64,000 bases of DNA from the NCBI RefSeq assembly GCF_009834535.1, contig NC_045705.1, positions 56,110,001 to 56,174,000 of the forward strand, read 5' to 3'. How positions within the stretch are numbered: position 1 is the stretch's first letter; every line of letters starts with the position of its first letter. Shown here in pieces: positions 14,611-26,949 of the stretch. A program made the translations under genes and the position numbers. The DNA is from Camelus ferus (lineage: Eukaryota). The notes below the pieces were generated by a model. The model saw nothing but the letters and a program-made list of their open reading frames with translations. It ran no database searches and was not told where the DNA came from.

Positions 14611-15265
14611 GTAATCCTCTAACCCTGTGTCCTTAGTAACATTGGCTGAAATAATTTTGCATTATTATTACCCACGCATATGCCTCTTGGTACTAATATT
14701 TGATTTTGTAATAAAGCACAAAGCTTACTAATAATATAAACATGGTCCTTTCTAGGGGACTATGTTAACTGAGCCCCACCATTCAGTTTAAATTGAAAGT
14801 TAATCCTCTAATCCAATTAGATTAGGAGCTGTGTTTTAAAGCATCTTCATAATATTTGAGACATACATTGCACTTAGGGGACAAATGATAAAAATTTTAG
14901 GACTCCTTTATTGACATTCACTTGGGAAAGGCTTTCTTCCTAGGGTAAATTTACTAACACTTGATTTTCATTCTGAAACATGGAATATATAAACTATATT
15001 TGACTCAATGAGAACAAAATGGGATGCTGTAACTCAAATTCTCATTTTTTATCACTCAAACTGTGGAAAAACATTGTCATCTCTATAGAATCTGACTCCT
15101 GCACACAGGTTAATACCAAAGTAGAACAAGTATTAACATTTTTGTTTGCAGCTCAGAGTGCAGAGGTCATTCCCAAGGTCTTACAGCCGATAAGATATGG
15201 CAACTATTTCAGAGAGGTCACTCTACTGATGACCACTTTGATTTCCATGGTTCTGGACTCTGAGC

Positions 15266-15720
15266 ACTCACCCACGCTCATTATCTGCAGTGAACATGCC
15301 CCATACAGTGTCTGGATGCTCCCTTTCTGTAGGGGTAGCTGCAATAAAAGGAACCTGGCATTTCATCTGTGATGTGTGTAAATACTACCTGGTGTGATTT
15401 CCAGAAACTGTCCTCAATGTCCACTGTGCTCAGCTGCCCCTCCTGTCTGAGCCTTTTCATGGGAAACCCCCTCCACAAGTATAAACTATGACCTGGGCCA
15501 CCTTCCCAAGGACAAGATTCTGCCTCTTACTGCATGGCAGGCTGGCCCTCCTGCCCAGGACCTCTCAAGAGGAACATTTTGTGCAAAGACTGTATCTCCC
15601 ATGAGGAGAACATCCTGGGCCAATCCCTTCAGGGAATAAGAGCATTTGAGAGCTTGAACCAAGCATTCTGAAGTATCTTGGTTCAAACCTGCATCTAGGG
15701 AGCCAAGTATCCCTTTTGTA
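15266..15720 (-). promoter_or_regulatory. Candidate OR promoter plus non-coding first exon for the 8870-9810 locus
   Basis: Non-repeat, GC-richer island with several O/E(EBF)-like sites (TCCCAAGGA 15504-15512, TCCCATGAGG 15597-15606, CCTTCAGGGA 15626-15635) and a consensus donor G|GTGAGT on the minus strand at 15272/15271. Confidence 0.4.
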
Positions 15721-16994
15721 TTTGGTCTGTTAGGCACATCAGTTTTTTATGTAGTTTATCTTCATTTCCATCTTTTATCTTCATTAGTATTCTCTAATTA
15801 TTTTAATCATGGTCTCTTTATATTATATATATATATATTACGTTCCCTTTTATTTACATTTCATAATTAACAGCTATGCTCATTACTTTTATAGTCCCAT
15901 TTTAAGTTGTATAACATGTTGGCATCTAGCTGTTTTCTTAACCTTTGTTTGCCTGCGTAAATACTCTGTATGTTAAATTATAACAGAGAGGCTAAGAAAA
16001 CTATGCTGAGACTTATTCATTTAAAATTCTGTTACATAATAGTTGTGTGACTGTGTAATTCACTTAACTTCTGAATCTCTACTTACTTACTATAAAATGT
16101 AAATTACCTAAAGAACCAAATATAATTCCTGTTATAAAGGGTCAAGAAATGTTACATACCATTATTAGTAGTCACATTGCATCTTGTTTCATAGTGTTTA
16201 TATGATTCTTAAATCATAGAAATTATGGGATATTTATCCCATCTGTACCATATATAAGGAGCCAGTTTTTCTTGCTAGTGGTGTCATATACCTTTTTACA
16301 TGTAAAATCTACATACTTAGTTTTGTTCCACAGTTTCTGAATATGTTCATGTTACATATTTTTGTTTACTCAGCTGAGAACCAAGGCAGTATCTATTCCA
16401 GATTTGAAATGCTGCTTGCCCCAATATAATATTAATATCAATATACAATATTATCATTGCTTATGCTGTTTTCCTGGTTACTTATTGAATTATTTGTACA
16501 TAGACAAGTCTACCAATTTATAGATCTATCTTATTGTGTATTGGCTTTCACTCTTAAAGGTTCATTGAAGATTTTGATGAAAATACTGATAAAGAAAAGT
16601 CTAAAAGCATATGTACTTTTTGTTTGATGAGTGCATAAATGTTTTGCTTAATAATGTCATCTTTACTTCCTGTTATGTTTCGTTTGCTGTGAAAACTAGG
16701 TTTATGAAATTATTCCTTTTCCTCCCACTACACCTTCTCACTTTCAGGCTTTATCACTCCAAGCTAACCCATGTTGGCATGATCTTATCCTGACTTGGGT
16801 CAGAAACAAACAAACAAAGTTGTTTTTGCACTTTTTCCTCAAACTCTACCCTTGTTAGTTTGGAATCTTTTTCTCTGATTAAAAAAAATTGTTTAAAACA
16901 GCCACCTTCCGTTGCTTAAAACTTCTGTCTCTTCAGATAGATGGATTTCTCTAGTTACCTCCTCCATATACACTCTATTTTATATTATATTATT

Positions 16995-17145
16995 ACCTCA
17001 GTTTCCTGAGCTATAGAAAGGGAATCTTAAGTATAGCTACTTCTTATTATAGTTATAAGAATTCAAAGAGTTAATACAAAGTTATGAAAACTGTCTGGCT
17101 CATAATATGTCTATGAATGAGTAGTATTACCATTATATTAGTCAG
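16995..17145 (+). mobile_element. MIR fragment
   Basis: acctcagtttcctgagctatagaaaggg...tgtctggctcataatatg is the MIR core and 3' part. Confidence 0.6.
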
Positions 17146-17407
17146 TTTTTATCAACCTCATTTTTTCCATGTAAATGCTGTTTTATTTATTATGTAGTTG
17201 CTGATATTTGTGATATGTGGCTGGAACTTTGCTTATATTAAATATTTATTGTTGTTTCTCTTGGCTTATTGTTTCTAAGATGAATGACTTTATAAATCTG
17301 CACATAGAATACCATCTTTCCTAGACATTGTAATGTTTCAATTTTGAAAGGAGAGAAGAGGTTCCATTTTCTCTTACTCAAGTCACTTAATCTCTGAAAA
17401 CCAAATT

Positions 17408-18346
17408 TCATAATTTATTTCTGAAAGTTCTAATTACCCTGTCTCTTATCTGCTTGGTTCTGATCCCATAAATAACAGGGTTGAGAGCAGGTGGGATGAC
17501 AGCATAAAAGTTAGCAAGAAGAATGTGGATGTATTAAGGAACATTTCGGCCAAAACAGTGGGTCAGGAAGGAGAAAAATGCTGGCGTATAGAAGGCCAAC
17601 ATGACACAGACATGGGAGCCACATGTGCTGAGTGCCTTTAGTCGGGCATCCCTGGAAGGTAGGCAGAAAACAGCACGGAGGATCTGGACATAGGACATGA
17701 CAATGGCTATAATGTCAAACACCAAGATGGAGATGGCTCCTAAGCCATAGATGATGTTCACCTTTATGCTGGCACAGGACAGGTGGGCAATGCCCATGTG
17801 CTCACAGTATGTGTGGGGGATGATTTGGTGTCCACAGAAGGATAACCTTAGAATGAGCAGAACAAAGGGGATTGCAACAGCTAAGGGTCTCAGGAGGATG
17901 ATCAGTGCTATAACTGATACCACCTTGTTTGTCAGCACCAATGTGTAGCGAAGAGGGTTACAGATGGCCACATAGCGATCATAGGCCATGGCCATGAGCA
18001 CAGCCGACTCCATGCCAGTGCATAGGTGGATGAAGAACATCTGGATAAAGCAGCCCTCAAAGGAGATTTCTCCCATCTTGAACCAGAACATGCCAAGCAT
18101 CTTGGGGATGGTGGATGTGGACAGGCCCAGGTCAATAGATGACAGAATGGCTAGGAAGTAGAACATTGGCTGATGGAGACTATGTTCAGTCTGAATCACA
18201 AAAATAATTGTAATATTTCCCAGTAGGGCAGTCAAATATACAATACAAAATGGAAAACTAATCCACATATGCACATCTTCTAGCCCTGGAACTCCCAATA
18301 GGAGGAAAAAGGACGGATGGAACTGTGTGCCATTAGGAGGGATCAT
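17408..18346 (-). pseudogene. Class I olfactory receptor, OR52E-like, with a single premature stop
   Basis: ORF 17534-18346 stops at an in-frame TAA (codon 271, ...FGRNVP*). The same frame continues [41 protein letters not shown] to TGA at 17408-17410. Total 939 nt; [10 protein letters not shown] is intact; TM7 is lost by the stop. Confidence 0.95.
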
Positions 18347-18618
18347 GCTGCTCCTGTGGCACTTTTACAGCTGCACATATCATGGACCAGATGTCTCATT
18401 CACTGAGAGGCTGCAGCTCTTCTTGTCCAGTTTTATTGATTTATTACAGAATTATACAACATATGTGTAATATTTTTAATCATCAAGCCCATCATGACAT
18501 AACTGTGTGACTTTTGTGAAAACTAAAATACATGTCATTCTTGTTTAATTTCAATAAGCTAATCAGATTCATTACATTTATTTTCATTCATTCCTTTAAT
18601 ATAATTTACTAAAACATT

Positions 18619-19866
18619 ACTCAAAATGGATCAAAGACTTAAACATAAGAAAAGATACAATAAAACTCCTTGAAGAAAATATAGGCAAAACATTATCTGA
18701 CATACATCTCAACAATGTTCTCCTAGAACAGCCTACTCAAGCAATAGAAATAAAAGCAAGAATAAACAAATGGGACCTAATGATACTTACAAGCTTCTGC
18801 ACAGCAAAGGAAACCATAAGTAAAACAAAAAGACAACCTACAGAATGGGAAAAAATTTTTGCAAATGAAACCAACAAAGGCTTGATCTCCAGAATATATA
18901 ATTAGCTCATATGACTTAATAAGAAACAACCAAACAACCCAATCCAAAAATGGGCAAAAGACCTAAACAAGCAATTCTCCAAGGAACACATACAAATGAT
19001 CAATAGGCACATGAAAAAATGCTCAATATCACTAATCAGAGAAATGAAAATCAAAATGACAGTGAGGTATCACCTCACACCAGTCAGAATGGCCATCATT
19101 CAAAAATCCACAAATGACAAATACTGGAGAGGCTGTGGGGAACAGGGAACCCTCCTTCACTGCTGGTGGGAATGTAGTTTGGTGCAGCCACTGTGGAAAA
19201 CAGTATGGAGATTCCTCAAAAGACTAGGAATAGACTTACTGTATGACCCAGGAATCCCGCTCCTGGGCATATATCCAGAAGGAACCCTACTTCAGGANNN
19301 NNNNNNNNNNNNNNNNNNNNNNNNNNNNNNNNNNNNNNNNNNNNNNNNNNNNNNNNNNNNNNNNNNNNNNNNNNNNNNNNNNNNNNNNNNNNNNNNNNNN
19401 NNNNNNNNNNNNNNNNNNNNNNNNNNNNNNNNNNNNNNACATAATGCCATTTGCAGCAACATGGATGCTCCTGGGGAATGTCATTCTAAGTGAAGTAATC
19501 CAGAAAGAGAAAGAAAAATACCATATGAGATCGCTCATATGTGGAATCTAAAAAAGGAAAAACAAACAAACAAACAAAGCATAAATACAAAACAGAAACA
19601 GACTCATAGACATAGAAAACAAACTTGTGGTTGCCAAGGGGGCGGGGGGTGGGAAGGGATGGATGGGATTTCAAAATGTATAGATAGATAAGAATAGATT
19701 AACAAGATTGTACTGTATAGCACAGGGAAATATACACAAGATCTTATGGTAGCTCACAGAGAAAAAAATGTGACAATGAATATATATATGTTCATGTATA
19801 ACTGAAAAATTGTTCTCTATACTGGAATGTGACACAACATTATAAAATGATTATAAATCAATAAAA
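18619..19866 (+). mobile_element. Young 5'-truncated L1 (ORF2 C-terminus plus 3' UTR) with 16-bp TSD; contains an N gap
   Basis: ORF 18996 ([35 protein letters not shown]...) is the L1 ORF2 C-terminus; TSD aatttactaaaacatt at 18603-18618 and 19867-19882. Confidence 0.95.
19298..19438. other. Assembly gap (141 N)
   Basis: Run of N inside a young L1. Confidence 0.99.
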
Positions 19867-19956
19867 AATTTACTAAAACATTTATCAAGGACCAATAAGT
19901 TATCAGGCAAATGGACAGATATCTGGTGTACAAAGGTAAATCAAACATTGTTACTC

Positions 19957-20050
19957 CCTTTTTTTATTGAAATGTAGTCAGTTTACAATGTTGTGATGTT
20001 GTATTAATTTCTGGTGTATAGCATAGTAATTCAGATATACATATATCTGA
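19957..20050 (-). mobile_element. Short young L1 3' tail, antisense
   Basis: tttttttattgaaatgtagtcagtttacaatgttgtg...aatttctggtgtatagcatag is the reverse complement of the tail seen at 5472-5526. Confidence 0.75.
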
Positions 20051-20059
20051 CTTTACATA

Positions 20060-20210
20060 ATGGCCTGTGGAGTATTACATAAAAATACAAGTTTTAAGTC
20101 CAGACCCTAGAAATTTTGAATCAGTAGGTATGGTATAACACGTCATGATTTCTGTAAAGATTCTGTAATTAATCTGATTCAATTTTTTTTGACATTTGGG
20201 AACTGCTGCA
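20060..20210. mobile_element. MER5-like hAT-Charlie MITE remnant
   Basis: cagaccctagaaattttgaatcagtagg...gacatttgggaactgctg resembles the recalled MER5 consensus. Confidence 0.5.
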
Positions 20211-22711
20211 GAACAAGATATTGTACATAAGCAGTTATAATATGAGTTAGAATGTGTTAAAATATGTGTACATTTAATAAAAGAATGTATAATTCAGTAT
20301 CTCATAACCCTGACTTTATATGCCCTTTTCCCTTCTTAGAATTCTCGAAACAAAGTATAGTCACTGATTCTACGCTATACTATGATACTCTCAGGTTTTG
20401 TGGTGCTTTATCCCTTCCCTCAGCTGGAGTTACTTGTGGGAAATCTTTTGCTTTACTACATGTATATCTTCCAAGGACTTAAAAAGATACATATTAGCAG
20501 GTCTCAAAAGAAGTATGTCAAAGTAGAGTGAACTGGTATGTGGTAAATATAATCATCATTATCATCATCATCACCATCAGCTACTAAAGTTTTCTTTAGG
20601 ATTTCCCTGTGCCCATGCTCCCCTGTTAGAGGGGAAATAATAAGAAAAAAACATAGAATTGACCTCGATGAGACATTTTCTGTCTTTTGGAGATTTCTGA
20701 AGTTCAGAAATTCTCCGAACCCTACTTATTCTCCAACTCTCATGAAGAAAACTTCCATGAATTTCACAATTATTGTGCAAAAGTACCAACTGATATGGGA
20801 AGGAATTTTGTTGTTGTTGTTGACTCTATTCATAGGAAGAATTGTAATTTAGGAGGACAAAGCGTTTCAGTTGACTAGTTATGATTGGGCAAGAAAAAAG
20901 AATAACAAAGTAGCATAGACTCAGATTATCTTGAGATGTGATTAATAGTGGCGCTATATACCCAAGAGCAGTAATTTGTAGGTAGAAATATATAAAGGGC
21001 TTTCTGTGACTATAACTTAGGCTCACGTAACCAAAACTGACTTTGTGATATGTAATAATGGATAAAGGTCGGGATTTGAAGCTTAAAAAAAAAAATTAAA
21101 TAATAGTTCTACTTCTTTCAAGCTGTCTGGTAATATTCAAGACCTTGTTTTCTAAAAAAAAAAAAAAAAGAAAAGAAAGAAAGAAAGAAAAAACAAAAAA
21201 AACCCCACATTCTTCACATATAACTTTGAAATAATAATACGTATGTTGCAAGTTTTATTTAGGAATTATAAGAAACATGGATAATGTATTAGGAGGTCAA
21301 CGTAAATTAGGAAATTCTAATACTCTAAGTGCTAAATTATTTGAATTTTTCCACTTGTTGGTGTTACATTGCTGTTGTAGTATTTGTCTTAAATTCCAAT
21401 TAGGAAAAAAATTTAAAGCAGTTTATAGAAATGAAATTTAGATAGACTATTCTTTAAAGATTCTAGATGTATATGGATCTAGAAATGTTTGGAATTGGTT
21501 CTATAAATGAGTCAAGCCTTTTAAAAATATTTTGCAATATCTTTGGAAACTTAAGGAATCTTGATATGATATTTTTCACTACTATGTTATAGCAGAATGG
21601 TAATAGCTAAGAGAAGGCAAGAGTGACAAGATTGAAGGCTAAGATACAACCACAGTAGGCAAAGTAAAAAGGGAGATAAAGGACAAAGTCAGAGAACACA
21701 GAAAGTTATAGAGGTATTTTCATATGCACACACACATATCACTAATATTTAAGAATGAAATTTAATAAAGTCTTTGTTGCAGTATGCATCTGAATCTGTA
21801 TATACTTACTATCTTGTTACCCTCTAGGCTCACTGATACTTTCCATATTCAATTAGCTTTCCTTTTTTTGTCATCTTTTTAATCTCTTCAATCTACATCT
21901 CAATGAAATGGCCACAGTAAATAGTTCCTGTCTTATTGGGTCCTTTCTGCCCCCAAAGCCAAACTTACCAGCAAAGCTTTCTGAATTAGCTAGTTAATCT
22001 GGCCCAGAATGTTTCTGTGTCATGTACTCTGACTGAAATGGGAGATTTATACTGTAAACACTACCCTTAAAAATGTAGTGTCTTCAAACATCATTGCTCT
22101 CTAGAGAATAGAGGTGCCCAGAGGCACTGAGCTACATGCTTCATACATGAAGCATAACATAGTGATTTAAAAAGTCCTGATCCTGGATGCCGATTCCCAA
22201 GCTTGGGGTGACTACTGATGAATTGCCTTATCTCTAAGCAGGAGAGGCTCTGAGGAGGGCTTACTGCCAATGCTGTCTCTTCAAAATTCCTCTAGTTCTA
22301 GATTCCCTCTCGTGGGCCCCATGTATCAGTCCAGGTCATAGAGAATCTGAGGTGATTTTATATAAATGTTTGGCAAGTCATTCTGGATTTTTTTTTTCTT
22401 TTCATTACTGTGTTGTTTATCTTGCTTTTATCTGGTCAGTTTCTCCAAAACTTACCTGCCCCTCACCCTAGTCCTAAACATATTCAACCTTAAATATAAT
22501 CATGAAAAAATTGAAGCCCGGTTAGTATTCTTCACTTCATGGAGTCGGGTATTTGTTAGAACTTAATTGGGGGAAATGATATAATAAAATAATGCCCAGT
22601 TGTTTTGAACACAAATCCTCCCTTCTTTCAGGTTCTTATTAACAGTAAAATAAGACAAGGTTAAATTTAATGGTAAAAAACTAGAGGCCTAGGGAAAGAA
22701 ATATGAGATAT

Positions 22712-22955
22712 AGGAAATTGGCTCAGTGGATGGACTTTGAGACAGATTGTATAGATTTGTATCCTATCTCCCCTACTTAATGGACATATGAGTTTGTGCA
22801 AGAAATTTAATCTTTGTCTCCATTTTCTTCTCTATGATGAGCAGAGTAATACCCAGTACAAAACATTGTTGTGAATATTTAAAAAACTAACACTTATACA
22901 GCAATTAAAACATCTCCTGAGATATAGTAAGGAATTTGTAACTGTTTGTTGATAA
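22712..22955 (+). mobile_element. Near full-length MIR
   Basis: tggactttgagacagattgtatagatttgtatcctatctcccctacttaa...ctccattttcttctctatgatg...acattgttgtgaatatttaa follows the MIR layout over about 245 bp. Confidence 0.65.
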
Positions 22956-23723
22956 TAATCGAAGCTACTTAGCTAATACTGAATATTCTCGGGCTGTGAT
23001 ACTCTATGGAAGCTCATACTGATTGGAGTTGCCATGGAGACGTCTTCTAGAATTCACTCCTGGAGTTATAGGGGAGTCAATAAATGACATCATCTTCCTT
23101 GTCTAGATTTATCGCCAATAACGAACAAAACATAAATCAAACAAATGACTTTTAGAACATCAGCATTAATACTGAGTAAAAGCTCTGTATTGTTTCTTAT
23201 CTTACTCAGACATCTAAACTGGCAGACTGGGCTTTTTAACAGTCTTTGCTCCACACTCTTCACTTACCACAGAACCTTAGGTGTCTGTTCGCAGCAGTAG
23301 AGTCTTGTTAGGAAACTCATTGGGATTCATGGATTTTGGAGAGTGACCCTGGGGTCTGCAATGTCAGCACTATCATATGACAAATACATGTGTATTTCTA
23401 GATTCCCTATTCAGTATATTCATTTTTTGTTTATTCCTTTATCAATTGTCTTCTTTCATAATTTCAACAGTGTATTAAAATTCTTTACATCTCATATAGT
23501 ATGTCCTGTTTCTTCTAGGTCTGTAATGTAACTTCTGGCTGATTGATTTTTTATACACTTTTTTAAGGTTTTAGGTAAACTTTAAAAAAATTAGAACACT
23601 TGTAGGTTAAAGAAAAATGCACATGTGGTAAAGAGAGTTTTCATATAACCCACACAGAATTTCTCCCATCAACATTGTACATTAGTATGGTCATTTGTTA
23701 CAATTAATGAGCCAATATTAACC

Positions 23724-23776
23724 AAAGTTCATATATTAATAAAGTTCATATATTATTCAAGTTCATATATTATTCA
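23724..23776. repeat. Three tandem copies of an ~18-bp unit (aagttcatatatta) inside the L1MC
   Basis: aaagttcatatattaat / aaagttcatatattattc / aagttcatatattattca read directly. Confidence 0.9.
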
Positions 23777-24145
23777 GGTTCCCTCAGTTTTACCTAATGT
23801 TCTTTTTCTCTTATGGGATCCTATCCAGGACACCAAATTACACTTATCAGTTATGTCTAGTTAGACCTCTTAGGATTGTCTTGACTGTTACAGTTTCTCA
23901 GACTTTTCTTGGTTTTGTTAACTTGACAGTTTTTAGGAGTACTGGTCTGATTTTTGTAAAATGTTCCTTAGTTGAGATTAGTCTGATTATTTTTCTCATG
24001 ATTAAACTAGAGTTATGTGATTTGGGGAAGAAGATCAGTGAGGTAACATACCATTTGTATCAAAACATATCAAGAGCTCCTACTATCAATGTGGTTTTAT
24101 CACCTGGCTAAGGTAGTGCTTGTCAAGATCCTCTTTCTCCCACAT

Positions 24146-24940
24146 TGTGGGAGCCCATGATTGGGTTAACAAATTGTAACAGACCCCAGCCACTTGTCTC
24201 CTTAAAGAAGAGCAAATGTGCTTAGTAACTGCCTTGTTTGCATAGTTGAGGTTTTAGATAGCACTCTACTCTAAGCAAAGCAATGACCGAGGCCTTCGGC
24301 TATAAACACTGGGCGTGCCTTCTATTAGATAATCTTCTATCCCCAAAGTAAGGAACTGGCTGGTCTGATGGTCTGCTTTAACATATCTATAAGAATGTAT
24401 CTTCCTCCCCTCTTCCCATGACTTCCCTAAAGGTAAACTGTAGGCCCCCAAAGGAACGAGTCTTGGGCTGGAATGGTAAACAAGTTATAAAAAGCTGCAG
24501 ACTCAGAGGTGAGAAGGCTGGTTAGCCAATGACTGGTAAGATCCCCAGAGGGGGGCAACCTAAGACAGGTACAGCCTCCTGAGTCCAAGAAAAATGTTAA
24601 GCAGCTGCTTCTCATACGCTCCTCCCTGATAAGCTGTAAGGCTTGCTGATGCCAACATGAACATGATTTATCAAAACATAAAGGGTCTTCTGACCTTGAG
24701 CCAGACTCTACAATCTCAATCCCACCCTGTCTTTCCCTAAATTCCTGCATTCCATCACACAACTGTCAGTGATCTCTCCTTTGATTGTACACAATAAATG
24801 TGGGAGCATGTGAGAGGTTCGTGGAGTTGGCTCCCGACTCCCTCTCGCTCTCTTGACTTTTTCCACAGAGTCTCGAGTAATTCATTCCATCTCGGTGGGA
24901 CTTCTGCTGACCAGAACCCACAACTGGTGACGAACCCACA
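24146..24940 (+). mobile_element. ERV LTR, about 795 bp, with 6-bp TSD
   Basis: Starts TGTGGG (24146) and ends CCCACA (24940), a perfect 6-bp terminal inverted repeat; TSD CCACAT at 24140-24145 and 24941-24946; AATAAA at 24793-24798; many CpGs retained. Confidence 0.85.
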
Positions 24941-26534
24941 CCACATCTCCAAGTTTACTCTGTGGAAGCAAGTTACAACGTACATCCCCCGAATTACACA
25001 GTGAGATGTTATCCTCCACTTCCTTAAGATGGAGTATCCTCATAAATTGTTTGGAATTTTTTGCATAAGCAATAAATCTAGTTCCTCCATTTGTTTATGT
25101 ATTCAATTATTTATTTGTCAGTATAGACTCATAAATACTTATTTTATATTTTAGGCTATAATCCAATACGGCTTTATTCTGTAACGTTTTCCGGCTTTGG
25201 CTACTGGGCGCTCTTTCAGTCAGCTCCTATGTCCCTTTGACACATCCCATAATTGTATGTTCTTATTTGGGGGGAGAGGGTGGTAATTTTCTTACTTTCT
25301 ACCACCACAAGATGCTGTAGGTTTATCTTATGTATCACTTGCCCTAGGCTTAGAATGTGATATTTCTTTAAGGGTCACTGGTTTCCTTAGTTGGATAATG
25401 GTATTAGAAACAAAATTCTGGGTGCTGAGTATGCTTTACTGCTGGGTTGTCATTACTTTAAGGCCCTCTCAGCTGACAGCAAGGAAATATATGTGTGTAT
25501 ACTAACCTGTGTATGTTATACATATTTAGAAAGATTTGTCATCTGTTTAAAGATATCATTGTGATGTCTCTAACTAACCCATTACCGAATGAATTCTAGT
25601 ATCCTCTCATGTTTATTGGTAAACTACCACTCCAACAATGAGAGACCTGGCATCCACCATATACCATGCATTTAAATAATTGCTTAATAGCAGTGTTAGA
25701 ATTGTTAACCTATGACCCAAGGGGAAAAATGTATCTGCTAGTGTTTGGTGCTTATGTATGTATTTCTTTTTGCCTTTAGTCTCCACAGACTCCACTCATG
25801 TCCAAAGTTACTTAGGTTGACACATTTTCCCCTACAAACTTTAGTGAGGATTTTTCCTACATTTGTACTACATTATGTTTGTCAAGAGTTTGCATTTCAT
25901 CTTGGGATACCCTGAACTCCTTAATGATTTTTTTAAAAATTTGATTCATCTTTTGTGTGGTAAAATTTTATGGACTTTGTGAAATGTGTAATATCATATA
26001 TCCACCATTATAGTACCATATAGAATAGTTTTACTAACTTAAAACTTCCCATGTTCTTCACTTATTCAATATCCCTGAACTCTTCCTCCCCTTGGCAAAC
26101 ATAGATATGTTTGCTGTCTCTGTAGTTTCGCTTTCTAGAGAATTTTTTTTGCTAGAATCACACAAAATGAGGCTTTTTCCACTTAGTAGTATGCATTTAA
26201 GATTCGTCTATGCCTTTTTATAGTTTGCTGTCTCATTTCTTATTAATGCTGAATAATATTAATTGTATTATGTACAATGGATGTACCACAGTTTGGATAT
26301 GTATTTGTGTATTGAAGGTCATCTTGACTACTTCCAGTTCTTGGCAAAAGTTGCTATAAATATTCATATGTATGTTTTTGTTTGGACATAGTTTTCAAAC
26401 CAATTGGGTAAATTCCTTGGAGTGTAATTGATGGATCATATGGTAAAATTATATTTAGCTTTGTAAGAAACTTCTAAACTTTCTTCCAAGTGACTCTGCT
26501 ATTTTTTTCATTCTCACTAAAAAATGAATGAAAG

Positions 26535-26567
26535 TGTCCATCAATGGATGGATGCATAATGAAGATT

Positions 26568-26601
<34 letters not shown>

Positions 26602-26949
26602 AATACTATTCTGCCATTAAAAAGATAAAATCTTGCCATTTGTGACAACATGGATGGATCTTGAGGGTATTATGTTAAGTGAAATAGGTCAGATGGAGAA
26701 AGACAAATACCATATGATTTCACTTATGTGTGGAATATAAAAAACTAATAGACAAGCAGAAAACAAAATGAATGAACACACCAACCAAACAAAGCCAAAC
26801 ACATAAATACAGAGAACAGAGTGGTGATTTCGAGGGACTTAGAGGGTGAAATGGGTGAAAAGGGGGTGGACTGTATGTGTGGAAAATAAATTTTTGATGG
26901 TGCACACACTGTAGGATATACAGAAGTAGAAATACAATGTACATACAAA
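26535..26949 (+). mobile_element. L1 3' end (L1MA-type/laurasiatherian) nested in the L1MC, with an imperfect 14-bp TSD
   Basis: gccatttgtgacaacatggatggatcttgagggtattatgttaagtgaaat; TSD aaaatga[a/g]tgaaag at 26521-26534 and 26950-26963. Confidence 0.85.
26571..26599. repeat. (AC)n microsatellite
   Basis: About 14 perfect AC units. Confidence 0.97.

Noticed and set aside
18996-19551. L1 ORFs as active retrotransposon genes (also 42569-43469, 52078-52281)
   Set aside because: All are 5'-truncated or frameshifted fragments; there is no complete ORF1/ORF2.
21900-22460. First exon or promoter for the 17.4 kb OR (GTAAGT donors on the minus strand near 21965 and 22453)
   Set aside because: Two equally good donors and no paralogous conservation to choose between them; not supportable without RNA data.
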